The notes beneath the pieces are model-generated. The model made no database searches. It had not been told where the DNA came from and saw only the letters and a list, made by a program, of their open reading frames with translations. A program made the translations under genes and the position numbers. Source: Hemiscyllium ocellatum (Eukaryota). From it: a stretch of DNA of 64,000 nt. How positions within the stretch are numbered: position 1 is the stretch's first letter; the number at the start of each line of letters is the position of its first letter. The stretch spans positions 186,001-250,000 of the forward strand of contig NW_026867491.1 of assembly GCF_020745735.1 (NCBI RefSeq), given 5' to 3'. Of this stretch, positions 37,015 to 48,161 are shown in pieces.

Positions 37015-40000
37015 ACGGCACTCTCTTTTCTCGCCGCTTGTTCCACTTTATTTTCATTCTGGCGTTCAACTGTTGACTTGCAGCAACGAAAGGAAAGGGA
37101 GTGAATTTAGGGGAGGGGGACAGAGTGTAGAAATATTGGTCGAGAGTGTGGTGCTGGAAAAGCAGAGCAGGTCAGGCAGCATCCAAGGAGCAGGAAAATC
37201 GACGTTTCGGGCAAAAGTCCTTCATCAGGAATTTTCCCGCTCCTTGGATGCTGCCTGACCCGCGTGCTTTTCCAGCACCACACTCTCGACTCTAATCTCC
37301 GGCATCTGCAGTACTTACTTTTTTGTCTAGAAATGTTGGTCCAGATCTGTGTCTTAATTGGCAGACACATGGCAAATGCATGACCACAATGTGATCATAT
37401 AACCTTTACTGTGGGCAAACAAAAGCAGAAAGGAGGTGCATTGTTTTCATGGTGATATGTTGGGATATGGAGAAAGTGAGGATGCTGGTGATCAGAGTTG
37501 ACAAGTGTTGCCCTGGAAAAGAACAGCGGGTCAGACAGCATCCGAGGACCAGGAGATTCAACGTTTTGGGCACAAGCCATTCATCAGGAGTGCTATGTGG
37601 ATGTACAAAGAGGTTTCAGTGTCTTTCTACACCAGTCAATACCAGTCGTCAGACAAGTGCACTCAGCAGTCAGCAGGGCAAGTGGTGTATGAGCAAGAGG
37701 AATTGAGTTCAGAAGTGGGGTGGGCCCTTCCAGCGGTTCAGGGGTCATTGAATATATTCAAGGCTGAGTTCATCTGATTTTTTGAACAACATTGAAGTGG
37801 ATGGTTATGAGGGAACAGAAAACATATTTTTAAGAACAGTTACAGAATCGTACAGTGCAGAAACAGATACTTGATTTCATGCTGATTATATTCATAAACT
37901 AAACTAGTTCTACCTTGTTTGGCCTATATATCTCTGAACCTTTCCTATTCATTTACTTATCCATAGGAGCAGAAATTAAGCCATTCAGCCCACTGGGTCT
38001 GCCCAGACCATTCAATCGCGGCTGATAAGTGTCTCAGCCCCATTCTCCTGTTTTCTCCCTGTAACCTTCGTTCCCCTTGATACTGAAGAACTGTTTCTGT
38101 CTCAGTGTTAAATATCCTCAGTAACCTGGCCTCCACAGCCTTCTGTGGTAATGAATTCCATCAGTTCACCACTTTCTGGCTAAAGATATTTCTCCTAATC
38201 TCAGTTCTGAAAGGTCTTCCCTTTACTCTAAGGCTGTGCCCTCGGCCGCTAGTCTCTCCTTCCAATGGAAACATCTTCCCAACATCAACTCGTCCAGGCC
38301 ATTGAGTATTCTGTTTGTTTCAATTAGATTCCCCTGAGTGTGGCCCTGTTAATCAGCATGAACCAGACCCTTCAGGATGAGATACAGCAGGGATTAGGTT
38401 CAACAAAGTGAGAATGGAGGGAGTGTGTGGGATGGAGATTGTGAACTTCCAGGGAATAAGAATTACAGAGAGTTTGCTATAATTTAGAATGACTGGATGG
38501 GGCAATGGGCCAGGGAGTGGCAGATGGAGATTTAATTTAGGGAAATGTGATGTTTGCATTTTGGTAAGGCAATCCAGGCAGGGCAGTTAAGGGAGTGTTT
38601 CAGAACAAAGAGACATTGGAGTGCAGGTTCATTGTTCCTTGAAAGTGCAGTCTCAGGTAGCCAGAATAGTGAAGAAGGCATTTTGTATGCTTTCCTTTAT
38701 TAGTCAGAGCATTGAGTATCGGAGTTGGGAGGTCATCGTGTGGCTGTACAGGACATTGGTTAGGCCACTTTTAAAATATTGCATTCAGCTCTGGCCTCCC
38801 TGCTACAGGAAATATGGTGTGAAACTTTGAAAGGGGTCAGAAAAGACTTTTGATCTACAGAGAGAGGCTGAATCAGTCAGGGATATTTTCCTGGAGCATC
38901 GGACGCTCGGGGGTGACCTTATAAATGTTTATAAGGGGCGTGGATAGGGTGAATGCAAAACTAGAGCGCATATGTTTGAGCTGAGGGGGGAATGATTTAA
39001 AAGGGACATGAAGGGCAACTTGTTTCACGCAGAAGATGGTGCATGTATTGAATGAGCCGTCATAGGAAGGGTGGAGCCTGATACAATTACATCATTTAAA
39101 AGGCATCTGGATGAATACAAGAATAGGAAGCTGGTAAATGGGACTAGATTAAGTTAGGATATCTGAGCGGCACATACAAGTTGGACTGAAGGGTCTGTTT
39201 CTGTGCTGTATGACTCTCTGGGTCTTTGGTGAAACCAGAAGTGTCATTGTGAAGACTGGACTTTCACAGCAGCCTTCAAAGATGTTTTGTCCTTACTGGG
39301 AGCAGAAGAAGTTACAATGAAATCTTTCATTTATGAGACAGCACCTGAGTGAGTGAGTACATCTGAGATTTTGGTGGAAAGTGGGATTTCATTGCACTGT
39401 GGGGATGAAACCCTACCCTATCCAGTCATTTCTGCTGGTGGGTGAGACCAGACCTCCAGATTAGTTGGTGTAGATTTCCGATAGAGATGAGGAAGAACTG
39501 CTTTTCCCAGAGAATAGTGAATCTATGTAATTCTCTGCCCAGGGAAGCAGTAGAGGCAGCTTAATTAAGTATATTCAGGACACAGTTAGATGGGTTTTTG
39601 CATGGTAAAGGTATTAAGGGTAGTTGGGACAATGCAGGGAGGAGAAGCTGAGACATTGGAGAGATCAGTCATGATCTAAATGAATGGCGAAGCAGGCTCG
39701 AAGGGCCAAATGGCCTACTCCTGCTTCTATTACTATGAAACTCTAACCCTGCATTTCCCATGGCTAACCCACCTAACCTGCACATCTCTGGACACTGTGG
39801 GCAATTTAGCATGGCCATTCCAAATCAAGGCCAGTAAGCAATACAGTGATGTGAAAAATGAACATCCGAGAATGACAGAAAGACATGGAGAGTAAATGTA
39901 CCAGCAATCAAAACTGGATTCTAAAGATCACAAAAATTGAAACTAAAAATGGTATGTCTGAATGTGTGCTGCATTGCAACAAAAGCTAATGAATTGACTG

Positions 40001-42790
40001 CACACATTGACGGGAATAATTAAAATATGGGACTCCTTCCAGAGATATGGCTCCAGGATGACAAGGATTGGATCCTCAATATTGAGGAGGTGATCAAATG
40101 GAAAGCAAGACAAAGGGAGAGGGTTAGCACAGGTAATCAAAGCACTGATCACAGGGTAATCTGGTGTCAGCTCCGACTTCAGGTCCTGATTTCTCACCCC
40201 TCCTGGATTTCTGCTGATGCTTTGACCCCTTTTTTTTTACATCTTTCGGAACAATAAGTCAATCCAGACCCCCAATCTCCCAGCCTGTTAACCATCCAGA
40301 CCCCCAATCTCCCAGCCTGTTAACCATCCAGACACCGAGTGTAGTCATAGCAGGGAATAAAACAAGAAATGTGAACCAAAATTAGAAATAAGTAGGTGCT
40401 TGTTCTTAATATTGTTCAATAGTAAGTAAACCAGAAATACTGCTCTTCCAGGATTCCTACAGTGCCTTATTTGAGGAATTCTCTCACCCTCACATAGAGC
40501 TATTAGTACCCACTATGATTTACAACAATACTTATGCCAACAGAAAAAAAGTCTGTTGTCAAATTGACAGAGATATACAGCATAGAAACAGACTTTTTCT
40601 CTCACTCATGCACAAGTCCATGGGGGTGAATTTGCAGAATGATATTTGCTAATGCATTCCATTTTCCACAAAAAATGCACAATCTGCAGGCAGTTAATAC
40701 ATGTAATATTTTGTAAATTTCACATTGGAAATAGAACCAGAATGACTCTAGATTGGGATACTGACCTCGCACCTTGAATGCATTGTTTGAGCTGAGGTGT
40801 CTCCTTTTGTTATAAAGCCGTAAAGTTATCCTGAGAAGGTGCCTTACAGGAAGTTCTGGGATTTACATATTAATGATATCTGCAATCCATTGTAAAAGAT
40901 GAAAGACTTAACGATTCGGGTTTGTTAATATATCATTTCAATGCCAGGACACTGTAATGCTTTTCCAGAAATTCTGTATCTTATGATCTTACACTCCACA
41001 ACCACCTGATGAAGGAGCTGCGCTCCAAATGCTAGTGCTTCCAAATAAACCTGTTGGACGATAACCTGGTGTTGTGTGATTTTTAACTTTGTCCAGGTAA
41101 GGTTTGATTGGCCAGGCCAAATTACCCATAGTGCCCAGGGATGTGCAGGTTAGGGTGGATAGGCGGTGCTAAATTACCCACAGTGCCCAGGGATATGCAG
41201 GTTAGATGTATTAGTCAGAGGGTAAATGTAGAGCAATAGGAGTAGGGGAATGGTGTGGTGAGGTTGCTATTCGGAGGTGGGTGTGGACTTGTTAGAACAG
41301 CGAGGGTTCTCTGAAGAGAAGGGATTTTTGTGAACTGTTCAGGAGGGGGGGGGAAGCGGTGTATGGGAGGAGAGGGGAGGGATGGGTGGAGTGCGGGGGG
41401 AGGAAATTTGTTCACTTGTAGCAACTGGAGTGAACCCAGGGACGGAGCAGACTCTGCAAACTCAGATATGTGTCTTAATTACCCGGGTAAAGAGGGTTGG
41501 AAGGATAGGGTGTTGCTGTTTTCCCGAGTGCGTCAGAGTGTGAGGGGTAACCTGATAGACTTTTTTAAAATCATGAGGGGCATGGATTGGGTAAATAGAT
41601 GAGGTCTTTTCCTTGGGACGGAGAGTCCAGAACTCGAGGATAATAGATTTAAGGTGAGGGTAGGGGGAGGGAGACTGGAAAGAGACCTAAGGGGCAACAT
41701 TTTCATGCAGAGGATGGTGCATGTATGGAATGAGCTGCCAAAGGAAGTGGTGAAGGCAGGTACAATGACAACATTTAAAAGTCATCAGCATGAGTGTATG
41801 AAAAGGGAGGGTTCAAAGGGATATGGGCAAAACGCTGGCAAATGGGACGAGATTAATTTTGGATATCTGTTTGGGCACAGAAGAATTTGACTGAAGTGTC
41901 TGTTTCTGTGCTGTACATCTCAATGACTCTGGCTTTCCACGAATGTTTGTCATGTCTGTATGTTCAGTCTCTCTGGTGGTGGTGTCAATGCCTTGATGGT
42001 TCATTTTGCTTCCCCCCCCACATCCCCACTTCCTGGGAATGTTAACCATTTTGTGCCTGGTTGTTCTTCAAGAACCTGCATTGCAGGCTCCCCTGAATTG
42101 ACATTTTTTTGCTTCCCAAAGTCAGACCTGCTCACTCTCAGCAATATCCCAGTGTTGTGAAAGATATTAAATTTCAGGTGGAGTTATCCAAAACTCAGAG
42201 ATGTCAGTCTTGACGTTTTTGCTTTTCAGCCCCTATCAGATCCTGAATCAACACCTTCAGGAGAATGAGTTAGAGCGGAGGGCGGGAGAGAGAGAGAGAG
42301 TGGGATAGTGCTTTCAATTTTGTGGAATAACAACACAAACAAATTGCTTGTTCTGAATTTTTATTCTAGACGGACAGTAATGAATTTTCTAATCTCTTTT
42401 TACAGAGTATTTGAAGACCTGAAGACGGAAGTTTCAAAATCAACAGATGAAGGACTTATGCCCAAAATGTCGACTCTCCTGCTCCTCGGGTGCTGCCTGA
42501 CCTGCTGAGCTTTTCCAGCGCTGCACATTTCAAATCTGACTCTCCAGCGTCTGCAATCCTCACTTTGAAAGTCACTCATTCCATCGGGACCGCAACTATG
42601 GTTCTGAGAGAAGGAGCAAAGCTGTTTGGTTCCTGTTTCAGTACGTTTTCAGCATCAGTGGGACTGGATGAGAGACCCTACCATTGCAGGGCACTGAGTG
42701 TGGAGCCTGAAGCAGTTTTTTGGCCTGGAAAGAGGAATTCAAGGTGGAGAGAGTCTCTACGTGCGTTTGTGTGTGGCTGAAGCTCCGGCC

Positions 42791-43171
42791 ATGGAGAAAC
42801 CAGAGGAATCCCGCCCCGTGGAGAAACTGTGGAAGTGTGGCGACTGCAAAAAAGGCTTCCGTTTCCCGTCTGCCCTGGAGACTCATCGGCACAGCCACAC
42901 GGGGGAGAGGCCATTCCCCTGCCCTGTCTGTGGGAAGGCCTTTACCCAGGCCTCCAACCTCCAGACCCACCGGCGGGTCCATACCGGGGGGAGGCCCTTC
43001 TGCTGCCCCAAGTGTGGGAAGGCCTTCAGGAATTCCTCCCACTTGCTGACCCACCAGCGGATCCACACGGGGGAGAGGCCCTTCAGCTGCCCCGAGTGTG
43101 GGAAGGCCTTCACCCGCTCCTCCGACCTGCGGAGGCACCAGCGAGTTCATGTGCCATCACAGGGGGATTGA
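42791..43171 (+). CDS. C2H2 zinc-finger protein ZNF4 (4 fingers)
   Basis: Open ORF; gccATGG at 42791; acceptor ttttacag|AG at 42405/42406; C-terminus VPSQGD as in ZNF2; AATAAA at 43710. Confidence 0.85.
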   Translation: MEKPEESRPVEKLWKCGDCKKGFRFPSALETHRHSHTGERPFPCPVCGKAFTQASNLQTHRRVHTGGRPFCCPKCGKAFRNSSHLLTHQRIHTGERPFSCPECGKAFTRSSDLRRHQRVHVPSQGD

Positions 43172-45076
43172 AGGAATGATGGCTGAGTGCTGTTATCGAC
43201 TGGACTATCAACCGGGTTCTGGGGACTCCCGGGTTGGATTCCCACCGCGACAGATGGTGGAATTGGAATTTGGTCAGAAATCTGGAGTTTAGAATCTAAC
43301 GGTGAAACCATTGTCGGTGGGGTGGGGGTGGAAGAAGTCCCCATTCTTTTTTAGGGAAACAAACTGTCGTTGTGGGAGAGGATTCACTCAGTCGTCCCAG
43401 CTGCATCCTTTACGTGGTCTAGCCTACACATGACTCCAGATCCGCAGCAGTATGATCGACTCTGCACTGCCCATCCAACTAACTTGGATACAGGATACAA
43501 GTTGAAAATGCTGAGTGAGGCAATACTTTCTCTGGGTTAAGGCTGTACCAAGGATCCAATTCCAAAGGGCAACTTGGTGACCAATAATGAAGAAAGTGAG
43601 GGGTTGGAGGGAGTGTGTGCAATTTGACTGTGAGCTGTTTTTAAAACATTGCTACTTTTTCTACGCCTTTCTGCTGGGAGATTCTGAAGCTGTAACAAAG
43701 TTGGGTCGCAATAAAGTTTACCTGAACTTCCCACCGAGCTCAGACTCTCATTGAGAGCTTGAAATTGCAACATGTTTTTGTTTTAAAACTGCTCATTTCT
43801 TACAGGTGAAAGTGAGAACTGCTGATGCTGGAGATCAGAGTCAAGATTAGAGTGGTGCTGGCAACGCACAGCAGGTCAGGCAGCATCCAAGGAAGCAGGA
43901 AAATCGACATTTTTCGGGCAATGTTGATTTTGCTCCTCAGATTGCTGCCTTACCTGTTGTGCTCATTTCTGACAGCCTCCTGTACCATGTTTCCAATGTT
44001 GTGTATCAGTTGCAGCAGTGAATGAGTAGCCAGTATTGTTAGAAATTGTGAATTTTTCAGGAGTGCAGGTACTGCATCATCCCATTGTCATTGTACAGTT
44101 TCCTGGCAGCACTGGGAAGTGGTGGCTGTGTCCACTGCAAACGATTTGGAGGTGCCGGTGTTGGACAGGGTGGATAAAGTTAAAAATCACACAACACCAG
44201 ATTATCTTCCTTCTGGTTTATTTGGAAGCACTGGCTTTTGGAGTGCTGCTCCTTCATCAGATAGCTGTGGAGCAGAATCATAAGACACAGAATTTATAGC
44301 AAAAGCTGATGGTGTCATGCAACTGCTAAGATAGTGAATAAATCTAGATTGCGGATTAGTCTTTCATCTTTTACCATGGGTTGCAGGTTTCAGTTCATTA
44401 ATATGTAAACCCCAGAACTACTTTGAATTCACCTTCGAGATGGTTTAAGGTTTTTCTAAAAATAGGTGGCATCTCAGCTTAGATCCTGCACAAAAGGTGT
44501 GAGGTTCGAGTCTGTATCCCAATCTTGAATCAGATTGGTTCTATTAACTAAAGTGGGAATTTATACAATATTACATGGATTATAAAATATTACATGCTGT
44601 TTGTGTGCTTTTTGAACAAAATTGAATATATCTGCAAATATAATTTTGCAAATGCAATTTCATCCCATAGACTTATGTGAGACTGTGTGCGCACGAGAGT
44701 GTGCGTGCATGTGAGTTTGTACATGCATGCTAATGAAATGTGTGTTTGGAGTATAAGCTTGTGAGACAGTGTGAGTGTTAGGGTGTGTGTGAGTGTCCGA
44801 GACAGCGTGACAGATGAAGGCAAGGCGTTGCATTTTGCTAAAACAAGGAAGGGCAGAACTCGTCCAGTTAATGGTAGGGCCCTGCGTTGTGTTGGAGAAC
44901 AGAGACACGGTGGGAGAGGGGTTCAGGTATGTGCTGTATATAATGAGACCTTGTAATGCTCAGTACGCCTTTCTTTGGGAAGGCGTCCAATTCTGCAGAA
45001 TTTGTTAATAAAATCTTTGTTCTCTTGAATTTGTCCAGAGCGATTATTTAGAAGTGAATTTTCATTTCTAACAACT

Positions 45077-45091
45077 TGGGGGCTCGTCCGG
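45077..45091 (+). promoter_or_regulatory. Primer-binding site, tRNA-Pro
   Basis: TGGGGGCTCGTCCGG equals the first 15 nt of the MLV-type tRNA-Pro PBS and lies 3 nt after the LTR-terminal CA. Confidence 0.9.
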
Positions 45092-45338
45092 CTCCACACT
45101 CCGGCTGCGGTGGGCTCGAGGAAGGACATCGGAGACGGTGCACCCTACCGAGTTCGGTAGTCCCCGATTCCTTACTCGCCGTCCCGCTTCGCGGCTTGAG
45201 CGAGTGGTATCCGGGAGGCTCAGGAGAACAAAGAGGGAGGAGACTGGCCAGTCATAAAGGGAAAAACGGGCAGGGGATCGAGTAATTTTGGTGCACTGAA
45301 GCCAGGTAGGCACAGATTTCTTCTGTTGCGTTCGGACA

Positions 45339-45620
45339 GGTTTGGTCTCTGATTGATGCGCGAAACTCAAGGATACCTTGTCTTGTCAGGTGTTGTTTAC
45401 GTACCGGAGTCTCTGCGCTCAATCGGTTACCAGGGTTTGGTCTCTGCTTGATGCACAGGACTCAAGGACACCTTGTCTTGTCAGGTGTTGTTTACGTACC
45501 GGAGTCTCTGCGCTCAATCGGTTACCAGGGTTTGGTCTCTGACTGATGCGAAACTCAAGGACACCTTGCCTTGTTTGGTGTTGTTTACGTACCGGAGACT
45601 CTGCGTTCAGTCAGTTACCA
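45339..45620 (+). repeat. Three ~95-bp tandem repeats in the proviral leader
   Basis: Units begin ggtttggtctctg at ~45339, ~45434 and ~45529. Confidence 0.9.
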
Positions 45621-45730
45621 AGGGTTGATTACCTGTTGCCGCTACCCGGTCGATCATAAGGAAATCCGGTGAGTGTGGGATATTCTTGTTTGTCGCACGG
45701 GCGGTTTATTTGCTTGTATTTATCTTCGGC

Positions 45731-47540
45731 ATGGGAAACGGGGGCGCAAGAGTGCCTAAACCGTTGCCTGATGAAGAATCCAAGGGGGTGCCGGATGATA
45801 GCCCGTTAGGACGAATGTTACGTAACTGGGGTCATGGAAAAAGAAAGGGGAAGTCTAGACGAAAAATGGTTAAATTTTGCGAAAAATGGTCACAACAACC
45901 TATTCAAGGGGGTTCTGTTTGGTGGCCCAAATTTGGATCGGACGAGGATTGGGTTTGTCAAATTTTAAATGATCATTTAAAGAATAAATATAATCCAAGA
46001 CTAAAACAGAGAGAAACAGAGAGAGAGAGAGAGAGAGAGAGACATGAGGAGAAAAGGGGATAAAGAAGTAGTGAGACTGTCCCCGCACGGGAGGTCCCGG
46101 TTGGGGAACGGACCACAGGATTTGTTGTAGCCCCATTAAACTCAAATGATATAAGACAACTGAAGTTTTTTTTTTACCAGCAGTTTGCAGTAAGACCGAC
46201 AGAGAGAGAGAGAGAGAGAGAACTGCTTGCAAAACATTTAACTCTCTGTGATTCGGGTTGAATGCACATTTGTTTGTTGGTGATTGAATGAGGAAGTTTT
46301 ATTCACTGGAACTTGAGTTCCAGGATTATTTTAAATGTGATTTTTATGAAAACTTAACATGATTTATTTTCACTATGTGAAGGACAGTTGTAGTTAGGAC
46401 TTCCATAGTTATTATATGAGACCTTGGATTCGGCTATTAGAATTTTTTTAAACTTGAAATGACAAATTATTGTAAGACAGTTATGATTATTTTATGACCT
46501 AAAGTATTGTAATTGAGAAATAGTTAGGAGTACACAAGAAAACTAATTTTGGATCTAAATTAGGATACTAAATTTGGGTGATTACAGTGGGTTTTAAAAT
46601 TTGGGAACTGTATGTATTTTATATTTTAAATATTAAATACTAAATAAATGGATATATATATATGTTTACAGTTTAGGAACAGGATTTAAAGTTAGTCAAG
46701 CATGAATTATTAAAATTGGTGTTTGAGGATATGATAAGTTTGGAACATTACAATATTTCTTAAAAAGTGCCGATAGGGGACAAGGAAATTGGGTTTGTGT
46801 GTGACCCCCTCACCAGTGGGGAGGTCGGAACATTTAAAAGGAAATGACGGTCCTGGATGAGAATCCGATAGGATTGTCAGAACAAATTAATTAATGTTTG
46901 AGGCCCAGTCTATATATGTGGGCTGAGTTAATGTCTATTTTTGAATATACTATTTACTGGGGGAGAAAGGAGACTTATATGGGGATGCTGGACAGGGAAA
47001 GTGTTAATTGAGATTTTTTTAAAAAAAACTAGTAACAGCGCCGGTATTAAGCTTGCCGGACAATTTGGCATGGGAGGGGGATGGTTAGGGGTGAGGACAA
47101 ATATCCCCTTCAGAACCCTAACTGAGACAACCATAATATAGAAAAGTGAAATAATATACTAGACATGCAAAATTTGATAATCCGAGGGATACAAACTTGC
47201 ATCCCCAAACAGCGAAAGTTAGCCAAGGTTTTCGACCTGAGGCAGGGAAAGGACGAGTCTCCCTGTCCATTCTTACACATATTAAGGGAGTCGGTTAGGA
47301 AATGTTCGGGTATAGACCCAGATGGGGAAATAGGATGACGGATGGTAAAGGTTCACTTCGTGACAAAGGCATGGCCTGATATCAGGAAGAAGTTACAGAA
47401 GATAGAGGACGGGAGCGGTAGAAATGAGTCGGAGTTGTTACAGGAGGTTCAGAAGGTATTTGTATAGAGAGGCATAATGGTGGAGGAACGGAAGGCTAAG
47501 ATACTGGTAGCAGTAGTATGGGAGGACTGTATGAAAGACA
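45731..47540 (+). pseudogene. gag: Disrupted gag (MA 45731-46010, AT-rich spacer, CA remnants ~46765-47540)
   Basis: MG myristoylation start; SPLGRML..WWPKFGSDEDWVCQ; SLYMWAELMSILNILFTG; MHR-like RQGKDESPCPFL; HFVTKAWPDIRKKLQKIE. Confidence 0.85.
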
Positions 47541-47876
47541 AAAGGAGTTGGATAAATACGGTGTTTATCTAAACCTGAATATTTATGTCTGTGTGGGCCG
47601 CCCCCCCCTGTAGGAATTTTGTGTTGGTGAAGATTTATGTGTGTCTTTGTGTGTGCAAATTTGATTGTAAAAAAAAAATAGTCTCTGTGGATGTGAGAAT
47701 TTGTGTTTGTGTATGGATTTTTTTTTATAAAAAAGGGCTTCTCAGCTAACAAGCAGTTTAACACTTTGTGGTCTGGCTTGAATTCATCTGTTTGTTAGTG
47801 CATGAATGTTTGAGTGTTTGTCACCTAGAGCGTGAGTCATGAGATATGTGGCTTCGCTGTTTCTCGTTTACTCCAC

Positions 47877-48161
47877 CAGGGATTCCTGACTCAGACCCCT
47901 CCACTCGATATCCACCTCCACAAAGTGGAACCGGGAGACTGGGTTTTGATAAAATCCTGGAAACCGAAGAAACTCCAATCACTCTGGGAGGGACCGTTTC
48001 AGGTGTTACTCACCACCGAAGTTGCCATACGAACAAAAGAAAAAGGGTGGACTCACGCCGCCAGACTAAAAGGCCCGGTGTCGCCGCCCAAAGAGGACTC
48101 TTGGTCGTGTGAGGCCGGTGATGGACTGTTGGTGGTGAAGTTAAAGAAACATCAAAAATGA
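47877..48161 (+). pseudogene. pol: Integrase C-terminal (GPF/GPY) remnant of pol
   Basis: HKVEPGDWVLIKSW..WEGPFQVLLTTEVAIRTKEKGWTH. Confidence 0.85.

Noticed and set aside
40262-40334. 32-bp tandem duplication
   Set aside because: A simple local duplication with no sign of function.
45339-45620. CRISPR-like repeat array
   Set aside because: Contiguous tandem units with no unique spacers, inside a retroviral leader in vertebrate DNA.
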